This document shows, in pieces, positions 54,872 to 64,000 of a DNA stretch of 64,000 nt. Source of the stretch: a virus; IMG/VR virus record IMGVR_UViG_3300002056_000074. One strand, written 5' to 3'. The translations under genes and the position numbers were made by a program. The notes under the pieces were generated by a model. That model searched no databases. It worked only from the letters and a program-made list of their open reading frames with translations, and was not told the origin of the DNA. Within the stretch, counting starts at the first letter, position 1; each line of letters opens with the position of its first letter.

Positions 54872-57582
54872 TATGGTGTTCCGGTGTTAGCGATGCCCAC
54901 AATAACTAATGCCAAATCAGAAATAGATGAATCTATATCTTGTGGTGATATCAAATCAATATAATCACCCGCACTTAAGATGAAATTTTCAGCACCAGTA
55001 TCACCATTAACAAATAGACCACCGTTGATGGTGGGTGCAAAAGTAATAGAAATGGCCGATAACACACCATTAACTGCAATCTGAAAACTAACAGAATTTG
55101 ATGGTGGATTAATTACCCTAGCATATAATTCAGAATTGGGTGGGATTTGGACAGCGCGGGGAACAATTATTCGAGTCATTATTCGACCACTTTCAATAGC
55201 AACTGGTCCTGATGCGAAAAATGATAAATCATAATTAATTCTATGTTCATGATTTTGAACGGTTCCATCGTTTAGAGCTGCCTCTACCCACTCTGTACCA
55301 ATACCATATTTTATTTTATTATCATCTAATGTTAGTACACTTGTTCCCTGAGATGTTAACACATTTGGTAACTCAGTTTCTGTTGCATAATAAGGTTGTC
55401 TGAGTGCCTTAACATCCAATAATTCCGCAAGACTGCTTCGCACATTCAAAGAATTTAATTGCGATCCCACCGTAGTATTTGCGGGTGTTCCATGTAAAGT
55501 GGTTGTTATTGGTGCGGGGTCAATAACAACATCTATTGCCTTATGTGTATGCCCCAACTGCGAATATGTAGTATCGTGATTATGTGTAATATCTGCAAAT
55601 AATGTGGCAGCATCAACACCACGATATGTAGCGGCATCGACTGTACCACCATTAGCAAAACTTACAGTAGAGATGATGTTGCCATTTTGTTTTATAGTCA
55701 CATCATCTACAGATAATCCATTTTGTGAACCGCCTGTTTGTCGCCAGATACCATCACCTTCATTATACACATACTGATTGAATGCGGCTGATGAAAATGC
55801 ATTACAGACGTATATAGCATTAGTATCAACAGGTGTTTCATAACTATCTACTGTTCCATTGGGTGCATAATTTACAATCTCTCGCTCCCTTCCAGTGAAG
55901 CTACCAGATGCCGGTGTGTCACTAGTTCCCGCGATAACAAACCGCATTTCTGGAAATGATATAGCGTCTAATTGTCCACCAAGAATCCAACCACTATCAT
56001 CAGACCATCTAACAACATCATTTGCGACAAACCCTACCCAATCACCCGAACCAGCACCAGATAATATATAAGCATCACCATTATTGGGACTTGTTGGTGG
56101 ATCATTTACAGCATCAGATATCAAATTGGCCAGACATACTGGATCTATCCACATTAACCCACTTGTTCTATTATCTACGTATCTTTTTGTTACAGCTTCC
56201 AATGGATTTACAGGGTCAGTTGATAGTGTTACTGCGTTATTAAATAATGCATTACCCGTAACATCAATTCCATTGGACTGAATGGTTAGCTTGTCAGCTA
56301 CATTCACTACGCCATCAATATCTAAATTTCCAGTTACTGTCCCACCAGAAGAGTTTAATTTACTAACTTCTAAATCCGAAATGGCATCCTGTACGGTTGG
56401 TGAAATCAAACTTCCGGTGGGAGTAAATGCGATATCTACAGCATCATGACCATGTATCTGACTAGCAAATGGACCACCTTGCAATCTAGGATCATTGTTG
56501 GATACTACTATAGGTCTGTTTGCCAATGCTGGTGGAGTTGATAATAAAACTGCGCCTAATGAATCTGTTGCAGCAGTTGGTAAATTCTCAATAGAGCCGG
56601 TTGGTCCCCTTGGTCCAACACCACCTAAACCTTGATCAAAAATAATACTATTTCTACTTAATACCTTTGCTACTGGCACTTGTGAAATAGGATATGTTGC
56701 AGGCATTGATAAATGTGGATCTACGGTAGTCAATTCACCATTCAATACCCATAATCTAGTTCCAGCTCCATGTGCAGAAAAATCCCATTCTGGGTTAGTG
56801 ACAGTTCCTTGTAAAATTAAATTGCCTATCTCACCAAATAAAATATCTTCACCCAATACCGCAATTACACTATCCTGTGTTTGGTTGTATTGGGCTGTAT
56901 CGATTGTTCCATCAGTTTTGACTGCAACAATTTGAAATTTCGCAAGTGATGTACCTGATGCCTTGGCTCGAATAACACTAGATTCTAATCGGACACCAAT
57001 AACCTGAGATTGATTGTTGAAAAATTGATCTTCTGTAGTTATAAATGAGCCATCATCTCGAACGATAGGAGAGCCAAATTCAGTATATAAAATACTACCT
57101 GTTAGGACGCTACTAGTATCACCCATTTGAGTTCCAGTAAATAATGGAAAATCTTTACTGACACTTGAAAAGATAGTTCCACTTAACTTAGCAACAAAGA
57201 CTCGATGAACTCGCCTAAAGGCCACTCCAATGAATTCTTTCTGTTGATTCCTGTTGGTATCATACCAAGTCTGACCCACTTCTGGATTACTTGGGCGGGA
57301 GTTAGCAATTATTGGCGCATATTCCGATACACCAAAACTCCGCTCAAATGTTAATGGATCAAAGTCCATATAAAGATAATAATCCGTGCCTGATAAAAAT
57401 GGTCCTACCCATGCATCAACTACGGTATTGTCTTCGGTGTGAGTATAGTTGTACTTACCATCTGCGATAGATACGGTGAATGATCTATTATTAGCTAATA
57501 GATTTACGTTTCCGCCCGGATTCAATTGCAGAAAGGTTCCTGCCTGCTTTGATACAATACCATGTCTGAACGAAATACGCAT
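54871..57582 (-). CDS. Virion structural/fibre protein with DUF2793-like region
   Basis: MRISFRHGI; EAVTKRYVD; PPTSPNNGDAYI..GDWVG; HxH motifs; TAAATA at 57614-57609. Confidence 0.72.
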   Translation of the reverse strand: MRISFRHGIVSKQAGTFLQLNPGGNVNLLANNRSFTVSIADGKYNYTHTEDNTVVDAWVGPFLSGTDYYLYMDFDPLTFERSFGVSEYAPIIANSRPSNPEVGQTWYDTNRNQQKEFIGVAFRRVHRVFVAKLSGTIFSSVSKDFPLFTGTQMGDTSSVLTGSILYTEFGSPIVRDDGSFITTEDQFFNNQSQVIGVRLESSVIRAKASGTSLAKFQIVAVKTDGTIDTAQYNQTQDSVIAVLGEDILFGEIGNLILQGTVTNPEWDFSAHGAGTRLWVLNGELTTVDPHLSMPATYPISQVPVAKVLSRNSIIFDQGLGGVGPRGPTGSIENLPTAATDSLGAVLLSTPPALANRPIVVSNNDPRLQGGPFASQIHGHDAVDIAFTPTGSLISPTVQDAISDLEVSKLNSSGGTVTGNLDIDGVVNVADKLTIQSNGIDVTGNALFNNAVTLSTDPVNPLEAVTKRYVDNRTSGLMWIDPVCLANLISDAVNDPPTSPNNGDAYILSGAGSGDWVGFVANDVVRWSDDSGWILGGQLDAISFPEMRFVIAGTSDTPASGSFTGREREIVNYAPNGTVDSYETPVDTNAIYVCNAFSSAAFNQYVYNEGDGIWRQTGGSQNGLSVDDVTIKQNGNIISTVSFANGGTVDAATYRGVDAATLFADITHNHDTTYSQLGHTHKAIDVVIDPAPITTTLHGTPANTTVGSQLNSLNVRSSLAELLDVKALRQPYYATETELPNVLTSQGTSVLTLDDNKIKYGIGTEWVEAALNDGTVQNHEHRINYDLSFFASGPVAIESGRIMTRIIVPRAVQIPPNSELYARVINPPSNSVSFQIAVNGVLSAISITFAPTINGGLFVNGDTGAENFILSAGDYIDLISPQDIDSSISDLALVIVGIANTGTP

Positions 57583-57631
57583 TATAATCTTTCCTCTACC
57601 AATCTAAGTATTTAGTGGGAAAGTTAAATAT

Positions 57632-58573
57632 TTACTCGTTGAAACTAATCTTGGCTTGTTCAAAAATATTCAATATGGCTTCGGAGAAAACAAATGTTTC
57701 TGTGATACCATCAAAATTTGGCAAATCAGTTGGTTCTGATTGATTATATACATTCTTAATTTGAGATAATATATCTGCTTCAACTACATACCGGAATTTG
57801 GATGAAACCTGAAAAAAATTAATTAGTTTAATATCAAATATATCTTTGGTATTTTTATTAATTCTTTGTATTGGGTCTTGCCTAATAGTCAATCCGACTT
57901 TCAAATATTTTTTCTGAGTCAACTTCTCTCGAAATTCCATAATATAAATATTGGAATATTCTGGTATGTCACGGATACATTCTGGGCACCCTTGCCCCTG
58001 TTTATGAACATAGGGGACTTTGAAAAAACTACCATGTTGTTTACACAATATCTTTACTTTTGTGTGAGAGTCTACGTATTCGACTTCAGAATAATTATAC
58101 TTGTTATTATGTATTATAGTAGATTCTTCAATAAATTGTTTCGTATCTAATTTTTTATTACCACCACATTTAAGACAGCCATGTCCTGCTAAGTGATCCT
58201 CTGCTCGCTGTGAGAAAGTTGAATGTATGGGGCATATAATATCAACCATAGATTTTCCATTCAAATAAACAGACTCAGAATAATCATATTTATTTTTATG
58301 GATATCTGAAGATCTCATAATAAAATCCTCTTGGGTTAATTTTTTTCTATTGCTACACAGAGCGCAACCATATCCACCATTTATGTGGTTTGTGGGGGAT
58401 TGCCAAAAAGATCCATGTACCGGGCAAATAATCTCAATTTTTCTACTGGCTGCAATATACTTGGATTTTTCGTATGAAAATTTATTATTATGTACTAATT
58501 TTGCATTATGAATAAATTTTCTGGTTTTTTCTTTTATTGAATCTACTCTACCTATTCGTAACTTTTTGGTCAT
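57632..58573 (-). CDS. Putative homing endonuclease: three DUF723-like Zn repeats plus GIY-YIG-like domain
   Basis: CPxH repeats; NIYIMEF...YLKVGLT...R...E...GITE; lies among structural genes. Confidence 0.68.
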   Translation of the reverse strand: MTKKLRIGRVDSIKEKTRKFIHNAKLVHNNKFSYEKSKYIAASRKIEIICPVHGSFWQSPTNHINGGYGCALCSNRKKLTQEDFIMRSSDIHKNKYDYSESVYLNGKSMVDIICPIHSTFSQRAEDHLAGHGCLKCGGNKKLDTKQFIEESTIIHNNKYNYSEVEYVDSHTKVKILCKQHGSFFKVPYVHKQGQGCPECIRDIPEYSNIYIMEFREKLTQKKYLKVGLTIRQDPIQRINKNTKDIFDIKLINFFQVSSKFRYVVEADILSQIKNVYNQSEPTDLPNFDGITETFVFSEAILNIFEQAKISFNE

Positions 58574-59563
58574 TTACTCACTAAAAGTAGTTTCTCTATA
58601 AAGTTCCATTATACCAGATAAATGCCATACAGTATTAGATATATTATGCGCAGTCATACGAGCATAATAATTAGGCCACACACGACTCGTTTCATCAGAA
58701 GATAGTGAGATATACGAACTACAATCACCATAACATGATATTTTATTAATAAATCGTTGGACAGGTTTATCATTAGTAGACATTTTATATAATCCAGTGC
58801 CAGTGAAGTTGGGTTTCAAATCACCAGCAGCATCTAAGTCCCAATCACCATCCTTTTGGTGAGATCTAGTTATTAGAGACACTTTATTAGGATCAGCAAA
58901 TCCATGAGTTCCGGTTCCGGGGCCGGTTGGTGAATATTTTATAAAATCTCCATCCAAAATCAAATCTAAATAAGCGGCTTGCTGCAGTGGGACACCGGAT
59001 GCCATAATTGTTGCTGACATATAATCACCAATCCCACCTCCCGTAAATTTAATATAAGCCTCGTGCATCCAACATTTACCAAAAATAGGATTAAATTTTA
59101 CATCTACATGGGTTTCGAGGACATCAATCTCAGTATGTAGTTGAAGTAATGGTCCATTACCACAACCATTAATGGGATCTGACATATCATCACCAGCGCC
59201 TGTCCATATAGCATAAGTTTCGACGCCATCTACTTGTGGTTTATATGATGTATGAACCGCTAATTTCTTGCCGTCGATTGGAGATTTTGAAAAAGTATCG
59301 GCGATATTAACAGTGATTGAATTACCATTATCATCCAATAATTCCTGCCCACCATCATCAATAATATCCTTCTCGGCCTGTGTCATTTCAATTACTTTCG
59401 AATTAACGTCATCCCATTTCCAATATAATCTTGGTTCGTCGGCAACATCATCAATGTTTGGGTTGTGTGCCCATTCAGACTCTGGATATTCCGAAAGATC
59501 AACATTAATAAGAAATTCATATTTTCCGAATTCATTTGGTGTTTTTTTAATTACATTTGTCAT
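58574..59563 (-). CDS. Putative virion protein
   Basis: Within the structural cluster; YWKW...EMTQAEKD. Confidence 0.6.
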   Translation of the reverse strand: MTNVIKKTPNEFGKYEFLINVDLSEYPESEWAHNPNIDDVADEPRLYWKWDDVNSKVIEMTQAEKDIIDDGGQELLDDNGNSITVNIADTFSKSPIDGKKLAVHTSYKPQVDGVETYAIWTGAGDDMSDPINGCGNGPLLQLHTEIDVLETHVDVKFNPIFGKCWMHEAYIKFTGGGIGDYMSATIMASGVPLQQAAYLDLILDGDFIKYSPTGPGTGTHGFADPNKVSLITRSHQKDGDWDLDAAGDLKPNFTGTGLYKMSTNDKPVQRFINKISCYGDCSSYISLSSDETSRVWPNYYARMTAHNISNTVWHLSGIMELYRETTFSE

Positions 59564-59577
59564 TGTTCGTTATCCTG

Positions 59578-60339
59578 TTAAGATGTTAGAAAACTAAATC
59601 TTATATTTGCATAAAAATATCGTGTTGCAGTCATAGTTCCTAGAGGTCTAAGATATAACCTCAATTCTGAGTCAAATTCAACATGGTGGTCAATATCAAT
59701 CTTGCGCCTCATTTTATCGTTAGATGCTCCAGTAAGGGGTATCCCAGATGAATTATTCTTGAAAAAATCTCTATAAATAACTTCATTAATCATTTCAGCA
59801 TCATTATCAATACCTGTCTCCCAGCGTGTTATGGGATTGGGAGTTGATTTAACAAGCACCATTTCAACGTCAGTAACAGTTACGTGATTCATTCTACCCA
59901 CTATAATAAAATCTCTCACTATATCTCCAGCCTTTAGGAATGTTCCTTGATGCTCCCATTCAATCAATGGATTTTCTTGGGTTCCACAATTCTCTACCCA
60001 TTGATAATATGTGTCGGTGTATAAATCATCATTCGGCGTTACCCATCGCTTATCAGTGTAGCAATACATTCGTCCACCCATACTACGCACATATAAATCA
60101 GAACTATCTGATTGGTATAGTGGATCGGGGACTACATAACTTGTTAATATAGCATCAAGAGCTACATTTTCAGTTGTGGTGAGTGGTCCTGCTCCTGCAA
60201 ATGTTAATGATAATAAATCTGTTCCATCTGTAATTTGAATACTTTCAAGTGATGCTGTTATATCCGTTGACTCCGATATTAATCGCTCTAAATATGCAGG
60301 ATCAGGAATAGTGGCTGTTTTAATTATGGTAAAAGACAT
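59578..60339 (-). CDS. Putative virion protein
   Basis: Within the structural cluster. Confidence 0.6.
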   Translation of the reverse strand: MSFTIIKTATIPDPAYLERLISESTDITASLESIQITDGTDLLSLTFAGAGPLTTTENVALDAILTSYVVPDPLYQSDSSDLYVRSMGGRMYCYTDKRWVTPNDDLYTDTYYQWVENCGTQENPLIEWEHQGTFLKAGDIVRDFIIVGRMNHVTVTDVEMVLVKSTPNPITRWETGIDNDAEMINEVIYRDFFKNNSSGIPLTGASNDKMRRKIDIDHHVEFDSELRLYLRPLGTMTATRYFYANIRFSFLTS

Positions 60340-60340
60340 A

Positions 60341-62797
60341 TTATATTACCGATTGAATGTTTAGACGACAGGAATTTGCAAGTGTTGTTAGTGTTCCACC
60401 TCCGTTATATCGCCGGGATTGAATTCTGAGTTGTTGGCCTGTTGTAACGACTAAAAGAAATTTTGCATGGGCAGTATCTGCACCGGGTGCTGATTGTCTG
60501 TGGTATCCCCACGCCTTTGATCCCGTAACCTCAACATTATTGAGTGTTGCGCGTGTTTCAGACCCACATCGACTTGAACCAGCTAAAACAGTAATTGATA
60601 CATCGTATTCAATTTCATATGTACCGGCTCTGGTAAATGTAACAACTCCATTAGATTCTATGTAACCCACATCCTGTCTTACTTGCGTATTAAAATTTAT
60701 CGTAGTGAATGTTGTGATGAATGTTTGTGTTGTTCCACCATTATGGTAATAAGCACGGCGAGGAATTAAGCTCTCATTATTTATTCTATAATCAGCGGCA
60801 GTACCGATAACATTCATTACGCCTGCTTGGAGTGTAGTAACTTCCGTGCCATTCTCTTTCCAAGAAAATCCATTGGTTGCAGAGGCAACTGCACCAGCGC
60901 CACCAAATTCATTAGAAAATTGTGGGTTTGCTTCTGTACCATTACCAATAACATTAAAATCTATATAAGGTGAATCATCATCCTCATCAACCAATTTTAT
61001 ACTGGGTGTATTACCATCATAATCATAAGTTATCCAACCATTTATTCCCGGCGTACTACGGTTGAAATAGGTACGCATTCCTTCTGCAACCCCAGTAGTG
61101 ACAACTTCAACATACAGTGCTGCGTTAGTATCAGCTGCTACAACTTGTGTATCACCCCCAACAGTTAATTGGTTGGTTGCTGGGGTTCCACGTATATGAA
61201 TACGACGGTTTAATTCATCACGTAAGAAGTCTGCGGAGCCATCAAAATCACCATCAGTATTGAATTGGATGCTGTTCAATGGTGCGGATGGAGTTCCGCC
61301 GCCGGGATCACCCTTGTCACCTTTAACCCCATCTAATTTAACGATAGCCATTGTCGCGTTAGTATAGGCTGTTAAAGTATCACCAGTACGTCTCAACTGT
61401 AGTGTTACAAAATCACCTGCTGATAAAGTTACGAAAAATTGATTAGATAAATGATCATCTACAGCTGGGCCACCGGCACCACTCAAAGAGGAATCTGATA
61501 CAGCTGCTGTCCGGGCATTTGAACCATTTAATACAGTTGAATCATTTACTCGAATTCGACCAAATGCCTGAGCTGTTGAATTTGGTGTTGGGCTGTTGAT
61601 ACTGACGTTATATGTTATTAAATATATTCCATCAGCTTTTACTTCTATTCTGTCAGCAGTTGCGCTATTATGTTCTAGGGTAGTGGCATCTGTTTCTTCA
61701 TCTGGTGTAGCATTCCAAGTAATATCCGCATATGTTGTAGTCAATGTATATGCTGATGTTCTCCTAACTTGAACAACTGCTAATGGAGATCCTTCCGCTC
61801 CAGCGACTATATCTCCATATTGGAGAACTCCATTGTCATCAACATACAATGCTTTAGACGTAGATCCATCATCTCTGGTATTTGGATACTCAGGAAATTC
61901 AATATCACCATTATCTTTAAGAGAAATGTCATATCTCGTAACACCACCCGTAGCTGCTAAATTTAAGTTACCATCTTGAAAAAATATAGTAGCCGAGTTT
62001 GTTGATCCATTTGGTCCACCCGTATCAGTATTATTAAATCCAATTCTAGGTGAACCTGACCCAAAAGCATTATTTGATGTCAATATGATACCATCGTTAT
62101 TGAATATTGTTGTTTCTTCGCCTCTAGTAGCAACTGATAATTGATTTGGTCCTTTACTAAAAAATCCAGTATCAGAATCTCTAAAGTAAATAGTTGGTTC
62201 TAATGCTGTACCTTGTGGAACATCTATAGGTGTTAAAAATTGCGTTGAGTCTTCAACCATTCTAGCAACTTGTGTACCATTCACTTGATAAGTTATTATT
62301 GGAAAATCTATGGCAATATTATTATCAACTTTGATATTAGTTGTACCATCAGCGTCAATTATTTCCCAAGCATTGTGACCACCTACAATATTGGAAATAT
62401 CTATTGATGATTCAATTTCAGATGCTAAATCTTCTGGGGTTTGTCGTGTGAATGTGGCCCCGTCAAACTTCAGAAACGTGCCGGGTGAAGATAGATCCAC
62501 ATCAATGGCGTCTGCAATTCTGGCACCGATTGGCATCCTAAAATGGGGTTCATTATGTGATTTAACTAGATTAATAGCATCTGTAGTAGATAAGTTAGTT
62601 GTTATATCTATTGGATCTTTAACAACAATATTGCCACTACTAATAAGTTGATTTAAATCACCGTCAACACTACCACTAACAGTAACGTCGGCGGCATTAC
62701 CTTCGGTTGCTAGATCGATACTTTGATTGGGTGAAAGGGATAAACCAAGATCGTTTATATCTACCTCTACACCTGAAACATTTTCGATTATTAACAT
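60341..62797 (-). CDS. Fibre-like protein with two C1q/BclA-like domains
   Basis: IEVKADGIYLITYNV...LSAGDFVTL and TFTRAGTYEIEY; short GxxGxx stretch; TAAATA at 62831-62826. Confidence 0.68.
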   Translation of the reverse strand: MLIIENVSGVEVDINDLGLSLSPNQSIDLATEGNAADVTVSGSVDGDLNQLISSGNIVVKDPIDITTNLSTTDAINLVKSHNEPHFRMPIGARIADAIDVDLSSPGTFLKFDGATFTRQTPEDLASEIESSIDISNIVGGHNAWEIIDADGTTNIKVDNNIAIDFPIITYQVNGTQVARMVEDSTQFLTPIDVPQGTALEPTIYFRDSDTGFFSKGPNQLSVATRGEETTIFNNDGIILTSNNAFGSGSPRIGFNNTDTGGPNGSTNSATIFFQDGNLNLAATGGVTRYDISLKDNGDIEFPEYPNTRDDGSTSKALYVDDNGVLQYGDIVAGAEGSPLAVVQVRRTSAYTLTTTYADITWNATPDEETDATTLEHNSATADRIEVKADGIYLITYNVSINSPTPNSTAQAFGRIRVNDSTVLNGSNARTAAVSDSSLSGAGGPAVDDHLSNQFFVTLSAGDFVTLQLRRTGDTLTAYTNATMAIVKLDGVKGDKGDPGGGTPSAPLNSIQFNTDGDFDGSADFLRDELNRRIHIRGTPATNQLTVGGDTQVVAADTNAALYVEVVTTGVAEGMRTYFNRSTPGINGWITYDYDGNTPSIKLVDEDDDSPYIDFNVIGNGTEANPQFSNEFGGAGAVASATNGFSWKENGTEVTTLQAGVMNVIGTAADYRINNESLIPRRAYYHNGGTTQTFITTFTTINFNTQVRQDVGYIESNGVVTFTRAGTYEIEYDVSITVLAGSSRCGSETRATLNNVEVTGSKAWGYHRQSAPGADTAHAKFLLVVTTGQQLRIQSRRYNGGGTLTTLANSCRLNIQSVI

Positions 62798-62897
62798 ATT
62801 TTTTCAAACTCACAATGTATAATCATATTTAGTCTGAAGTATTGTTATTCCTTAAGTTAACTGAATTTATTACAGTATCGAAAGCGTAATGGTGTGT

Positions 62898-64000
62898 TTA
62901 AGCACGCCATTTTACGAAAATAGAAACCGCAGTATCTCTGAGATTTCCCCCCACATTTCGGAGGCGGATGCGATCTCCCTGATTAAAATCGACGTTAAGG
63001 GTAGTATTAACAAATTGTGCATTAGGGCTGACAACAAAACTTCCAGCAGCAGCTACTGGTGTTGTAGATGCACCATTGTAAATATTGATGGTGCTAGCCT
63101 CTTGAGCATTCTCACAATGTGCGGTTGCCATGACAATAGTTCCATCCAATGGCATAATATATCCAGAATCTGCATCTCTTGCGCCTGCAATTTCAATCCA
63201 ATCGTTGTTAGATAGTGCGTTTTCAGACCACATAAAGGTATTTGAATCAACAGACAATTCTTTATCTGCACGAGTACTATCTGGAATAGTTGCAATTTGT
63301 TGGCCATTAATATCCGACATTGAAATATCAGGAATTCCTAATATGGCTGCAACACCATCAGCTAATTGTTGACCAGACATTGATACATTATCGATACCAT
63401 TGAAAGCTGCTAATTCGTCAGTAGCAGATAATTCATCTGTAGAGTCAGTCAAATTATCAATATCAAGACCAATAGTAGGATTGGATGGGTCAGTATTATC
63501 AATTACAATTCCCTGTTCTCCTGCTGCGGTTGAAATAGAAACGGAACCAACCAAATCAAGATCATTAACAAGATCGTCAAATGTTACTTTAGTAACTTCA
63601 CCTGTTGTTGGATTTACAACCAACAATTCATCTGTTCCAGAAACATCACTCGCTATCGGATCTACTGAATTACCATTTAGGGAGAAGCGCAGCTCACTAT
63701 CCGCATTATTAACATCAAGTGATAGGCCACCATCTGCTCCAATAGTAAATGTATCATTTGCCTGATCTGCTACAATATTCACATCACCAGTTGTATTACC
63801 ATCTGCAACAATAGTAACAAAAGCATTTGCAGTTGCCGATTCTGCGATTTCATTAATCGTATATGTTCTATTTTCATCCGCAGAAACATCATAAACAATA
63901 ACAAGATCGTCTGATGCTATAGCATCTCTACTAGGTGTATTCTGGATATCCAAGCCAATAACAGGATTGTTTGCAACACCATCGCCATCCGAGATGACTA
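62898..64000 (-). CDS. Virion structural protein (5' end outside the window)
   Basis: Frame stays open to the window edge; acidic repeats (NPxIGLDI). Confidence 0.65.
   Translation of the reverse strand, partial: VISDGDGVANNPVIGLDIQNTPSRDAIASDDLVIVYDVSADENRTYTINEIAESATANAFVTIVADGNTTGDVNIVADQANDTFTIGADGGLSLDVNNADSELRFSLNGNSVDPIASDVSGTDELLVVNPTTGEVTKVTFDDLVNDLDLVGSVSISTAAGEQGIVIDNTDPSNPTIGLDIDNLTDSTDELSATDELAAFNGIDNVSMSGQQLADGVAAILGIPDISMSDINGQQIATIPDSTRADKELSVDSNTFMWSENALSNNDWIEIAGARDADSGYIMPLDGTIVMATAHCENAQEASTINIYNGASTTPVAAAGSFVVSPNAQFVNTTLNVDFNQGDRIRLRNVGGNLRDTAVSIFVKWRA

Noticed and set aside
1-64000. CRISPR array accompanying cas6e
   Set aside because: No regularly spaced ~29-bp repeats were seen, and the intergenic gaps are too short. 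An array could lie beyond position 1.
1-64000. Stop-codon reassignment suggested by the release-factor-like gene
   Set aside because: Conserved genes are full length in code 11 and end in TAA, TAG (e.g. guaC, ligase) and TGA.

Overview
This is a 64-kb segment of a large, AT-rich, T4-related (jumbo-type) myophage genome in the standard genetic code, with almost all genes on the minus strand. Positions 1-27 kb are accessory and metabolic genes: a lone type I-E Cas6e, an M15-peptidase lysin, a truncated GGQ release factor, a frameshifted fasciclin-Kelch lipoprotein, GMP reductase, DNA ligase, rIIA/rIIB, a DEDDh exonuclease and a MoxR/vWA pair. Positions 27-43 kb are a replication/recombination block: a split mini-DnaE, clamp loader, GroES, UvsW, UvsY, a Pol-beta-type nucleotidyltransferase, UvsX and gp32-like SSB. 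Positions 43-64 kb are a cluster of fibre/virion genes. Four zinc-repeat (DUF723-like) putative homing endonucleases are scattered through the window. The non-coding DNA shows a layered regulatory pattern: sigma70 promoters, T4-type TAAATA late promoters, up to five promoters with a CRP-like box or half-box at the class II (-41.5) position, hairpins that mask ribosome-binding sites only in read-through transcripts, and apparently leaderless mRNAs. The most novel candidate lies upstream of guaC: a late-promoter-driven four-hairpin RNA followed by a solitary type I-E-repeat-like hairpin over the guaC Shine-Dalgarno, in a genome that carries an orphan Cas6e. That link is inference, not established. 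No CRISPR array or tRNA was seen. All family assignments come from motif recognition by eye, not database searches.
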